DNA of 64,000 nucleotides from the human T2T-CHM13v2.0 reference genome, Homo sapiens, in NCBI RefSeq assembly GCF_009914755.1, contig NC_060934.1. One strand, given 5' to 3'. This document shows positions 59,804 to 64,000 of the stretch, piece after piece (the stretch's first letter is position 1; the number at the start of each line of letters is the position of its first letter). The notes beneath the pieces are model-generated. The model was not told where the DNA came from. It searched no databases and saw only the letters and a list, made by a program, of their open reading frames with translations. Position numbers and translations under genes: made by a program.

Positions 59804-60038
59804 TGGCCAGGCACGATGGCCCATGCCTGTAATCCCAGCACTCTGGGAGGCGAAGGCAGGTGGACCACCTGAGGTCAGGAGTTCAAGACCAGCCTGGTCA
59901 ACATGGTGAAACCCTGCAGGAGAATTACTTGAGCCCGGGAGGCGGAGTCTGCAGTGAGCCAAGATGGCGCCACTGCTCCAGCCTGGGTGACAAGAGCAAG
60001 ACTCCATCTCAAAAAATATAAATATAAATAAAATAAAA
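59804..60038 (+). mobile_element. Alu with central deletion
   Basis: gaaaccctg joined directly to caggagaatt. Confidence 0.88.
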
Positions 60039-60856
60039 GATCTTCTTTCTTAAATTCTTACTTCATGTTATTAGCACCAAATCTGAAGGGCTCCATTACA
60101 GAAACTCTTTGAAATAAGACACAAATGTATTTTTGAGAAACCACACAAGATGTAGTAATTATCATAGCTGTTAAAAAGAAATGTGCTCATAAACAAATAA
60201 CAGTAAAGGATTAGAGGCTTTCGGTCACACCAGGAAGTGATATTAATTATAATTCTTCTGTTAATTCTGAAAGAAAATATATAAACCTACTTCTAACAAA
60301 CTTCCCATAAAACAAAACAACAACAAAACTCTTGGAGTTGAGAATGAACAGCAGAAGTTCTAGAAAAGCAGAAGTTCTAGAAGTTCTAGATAGCAAGCAA
60401 CTGTGGAACGCAGCGCACTGCCTTCTGCACTGCCCAGTTTCTGGCACCTGACTCACAGGTGCCAAATGGCTGCAGGATTACGACGTTGGAAGTAGTGAAT
60501 ATTTCCTCAATACTTGCAGTGGTTCATAGCAATGAAAAATCTAAGATTTCCTCTCTGCCTTTCAGGAGCTTTAAGGGAAGCAGCAAATACTACTAGCTTC
60601 TCACAAGTGGTTACGTTCCAAGATCCACCTAAAGCCATGAGCAGTACAAAGAGAGCCAAGCTTTTATTGTTTACAAGTAAATGATTAATAAACTGTTATT
60701 AATAAAATATTGTTTTAGCTATAATAGCCAAAATATTTTCCAATGGCCATATTATGTGAGCAAAATAACTCGACAGTCTCCTCCTTCTATGAGAAAGATG
60801 TAAGCTTGCTTGGTGGCAAGGGTCAATGATTCTATTAGGTTTAGCTGATTCTTTAT

Positions 60857-61130
60857 CTTTTTTTGTTAGGGGCAGGGTCTTACTCAGTTGCCCAGGCTGG
60901 AGTGCAGTAGCCTCAAACTCCTGGGCTCAGGCAATCCTCCCATCTCAGCCTTCCGAGCAGCTGGGACCACAAGCACATGCCACCACACTTGGCTAATTGT
61001 TAATGCTTTTGCAGAGATGGGGCCTCACTCTGTTGCCTAGGCTGGTCTCAAACTCCTGGCCTAAAGCCATCCTCCTGCCTCGGCCTCTCAAAGTGCTGGG
61101 ATTCCAGGTTTGAGTCACTGTGTCCAGCCA
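60857..61130 (-). mobile_element. Alu (J-like)
   Basis: Diverged antisense dimer. Confidence 0.86.
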
Positions 61131-62470
61131 GGTTTAGCAGGTTCTTTTTACCATGCTCAATTTCCAAAAAAACACAGGAGGGCAGAGGTGAGGCCTCTTA
61201 TGCAGATCCTTCTTCTCAGGTGTCATCTCCTCACGAATCCTAGTGACATCACAGTGGTATCTCTAATGATAAACAATGTTCACCACCTGACCTATTTTAT
61301 TGCATGACTTAAAAATATAATGATTTGAAAAGTGGGAGAGACTCTTTATTGATCACTGGCTGATTTATAATCAAGTATTAGGGGAGATCAAATATCACAA
61401 AAAGTAATGAGGAGTAGAAACTTAAAATTTTCAATTTTTTCAATATATGAATTTTTAGAGACTTAAAGTAGTATAAATAGTTAAAAACTAAGTACATGAA
61501 TCCTGCAAGTAACATACAAACAGTGACCTAAGTTTGTAGTTGCCAAATGAGTTGCACCTAAAAGCTGGTCTTTGAAGACTCAGTGAGTGCCACGCACCCC
61601 ACTTCAAATCCATAGGGATATAAAACGTCTGACACATGCTGAATATGGTAACGACATGACATAATAAGTAATTAGAAGCTCCCAAAGGGGTTCTAGCACA
61701 GAATGAGCGCTAAATAAATAAATAATAAAAACAAGAAAAATGCTTAGTACCTTAATAAAGTAGTAAATAATAAAAAATGACAATGATAATAACAAGGAAG
61801 ATGTTTAGTACCTTAAAGATACCTGACAGTTATTTGTTAAGTGGACAAGTGGATAAATAAATAAAAAACATTTTTTAGGAAATTCTGTTGGAAAAAATGC
61901 AGAAATTCAATAGGGACAGCTCTACTGTATTATGAGCACCTTAAAGACCCAGACTATGTGTATTCCATCTTTGTCTCCTGCAACTTGCAAAACCTAACTT
62001 ATCGTTTGATAATTTATCCTTTGATAAACATATAATAAAGATGTGCTCATACAGTTCATATTGTACCATGCATTGTGTCACATTTAGATATCACAGTAGC
62101 ATTTTTGTTATTGTGAAAAATGTTTGTAATTTTATTATAATTTGTTGAGCCTAGAGTTAAGCTATTTGAATACTTATAATGATAATATTTTGGCTATTAG
62201 AAACAGAGTATCTTGTTGTAACAAAATTACTATTAACACACTAATTATCCAGCAGATAGAACAACATATCTTGTTCTAATGAAGTAAATATATCTTATTT
62301 GGTTTCAGCTTGGAATGAAGTTGATAATAGTGAGACCTTGTTGGTACAAGACTATGTAACACAACCTGCACTTCTCAACAAAAAATTGCTTTTCTGACTT
62401 CTGCACTCAGTAGGTATCTTTGGAAAATAATCTCCTATTGGTACTGAGGCACCCTGGCTAAGTTTTGTAA

Positions 62471-62832
<362 letters not shown>

Positions 62833-62872
62833 AAGATAGTTACTTTCTTAGTGACACAAGTCACTATGTCAC

Positions 62873-63309
62873 AAAGTTGATCCTTGAATAAGGGTTTTCA
62901 CTGTAGGAGCCCACTAACAGACAGATTTTTCTTTTCCTTTGGCACTGCAAGATAGCAAGACAAATCTCTCCTCTGCCTCCTCCTTATCAGACTACTCAAT
63001 GTGAAGGCAATAAGAATGAAAACCTTTATGTATAATAATTCACTTCCACTTAATAAATAGTGAATATATTTTTTCCTCCTTATAACAGTTTTCCTCGAGT
63101 TCACTTTATTGTAAGAATACAGTATATAGTACATATAAAATCGAAACTATGTGTTAATTGACTATGCTTTCAGTAAGGCTCCAGGTCAACAGTGGACTAT
63201 TAGTAAAGGTTTGGAGGAGTCAAAAGAAACAGATTTTCATATGAAGCAGATTTTCAGCTGCATGGGGGATCAGCACCCTAACTCTCATATTGCACAAGAC
63301 TCCATTGTA
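62873..63309 (+). mobile_element. Tigger2a/MER28-like element
   Basis: agttgatccttgaa..cctcctccttatcagactactcaatgtgaag..ctttattgtaagaatacagtata..ggtcaacagtggactattagt. Confidence 0.72.
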
Positions 63310-63451
63310 ATTAATTCTCATTTACTAAATGCAAACCGTTTATTGTAAAAATTAAATAGAGCCCAGAAGTTCAATACCAGCCTGGGCAATATAAGGAGAC
63401 CCTGTCTCTAAAATACATAAATAAATAAAACCATGTTTCTTCATAGGTTAT

Positions 63452-63948
63452 TGTGGGAGTTCAGTCAGGCTGGTGGGAAACATTTTAAGATGAAGTTATA
63501 GGACATAGACACAAATCTTCTTGGAATGCCAAAGGTTTTGTAAAAGTCTCAAGATAGGGTTATGGCTGAAAGCAGCCTAATCCTTACCTTGAGTAAGTAG
63601 CTTAAAGTGGGTACAAAGAAAGGTAGAGTAGTTTATCCAAATAGCTTGTTTACTCATGTGGTCTTAAGACTACCCTTTGATCACCCACAGGCAAGATGGC
63701 TCTCCTGGGGTAGGGGCACCCAGATTAATTACCCACAGGTGTGTTGGCTCAAAGCCTTTATCATTAAAACTTTGCTAATAAATGCCCACAGGGCCAGCTA
63801 GCCAGGGCTGTGGCTGCTGACTCTTTACAGCACCTTCCTTGGTGCCTGTAATCGGCTCAGAACCCTTGCTGCTCTTTCACTGAATATTGGTGTCTGGGTA
63901 TGTGTCTCATCCGTCATGCAGCCGGGGTCTGTGGGACAGACCACCGCA
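63452..63948 (+). mobile_element. Solo LTR22-like (HML-5) LTR
   Basis: TGTGGGAGTTCAGTCAGGCTGGTGGGAAA...AATAAA...CA, about 500 bp; imperfect flanks ggttat/agttaa. Confidence 0.75.
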
Positions 63949-64000
63949 AGTTAAAATATTCAAATGTTACGGTTTTCTGTTATTAATTCCTACTTTTCAT

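Noticed and set aside
60351-60392. AGAAGTTCTAGAA repeats resembling a heat-shock element
   Set aside because: The GAA-to-TTC spacing is 1 nt rather than 2, so no three-unit nGAAn array forms.
61153-61292. Possible - strand exon (aatag|..ATG|gtaaaa)
   Set aside because: Stops in all three frames, poor pyrimidine tract and no recognisable product.

Overview
Human genomic DNA (it carries a human-specific AluYb8) made of several segmental-duplication pieces; there is no intact protein-coding gene. (1) 4.3-25.9 kb, + strand: an unprocessed partial cubilin (CUBN) pseudogene with 10 consecutive exons (second half of CUB14 to first half of CUB19, about CUBN exons 41-50), disabled by frameshifts, stops and dead splice sites. 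(2) 26-31 kb: a junction zone with an internally deleted HERV-H/F-like gag-pol fragment, a MaLR LTR, a processed ANKRD54 pseudogene (- strand) and an unidentified exon-like island. (3) 33.8-56.4 kb, + strand: an unprocessed ANKRD30B-family pseudogene that lacks its ankyrin-repeat exons. (4) 56.8-58.9 kb: a GAGGCTGGC-based degenerate satellite that encloses an ANKRD30-family promoter, exon 1 and the start of intron 1, lying downstream of the gene body. The rest is Alu, L1, L2, LTR, DNA-transposon and simple-repeat sequence. From memory this gene order fits 10q11.21 (CUBNP3-ANKRD54P1-ANKRD30BP3). The locus, pseudogene numbers, exon numbers and repeat subfamily names are recalled, not searched. 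Most interesting observations: the satellite-embedded exon 1 with a ~1.8-kb period, a possible re-created 166-aa spliced ORF in the ANKRD30 remnant, and a 133-bp copy of an L1 inversion junction 10.6 kb from its source that ends in a fold-back palindrome.
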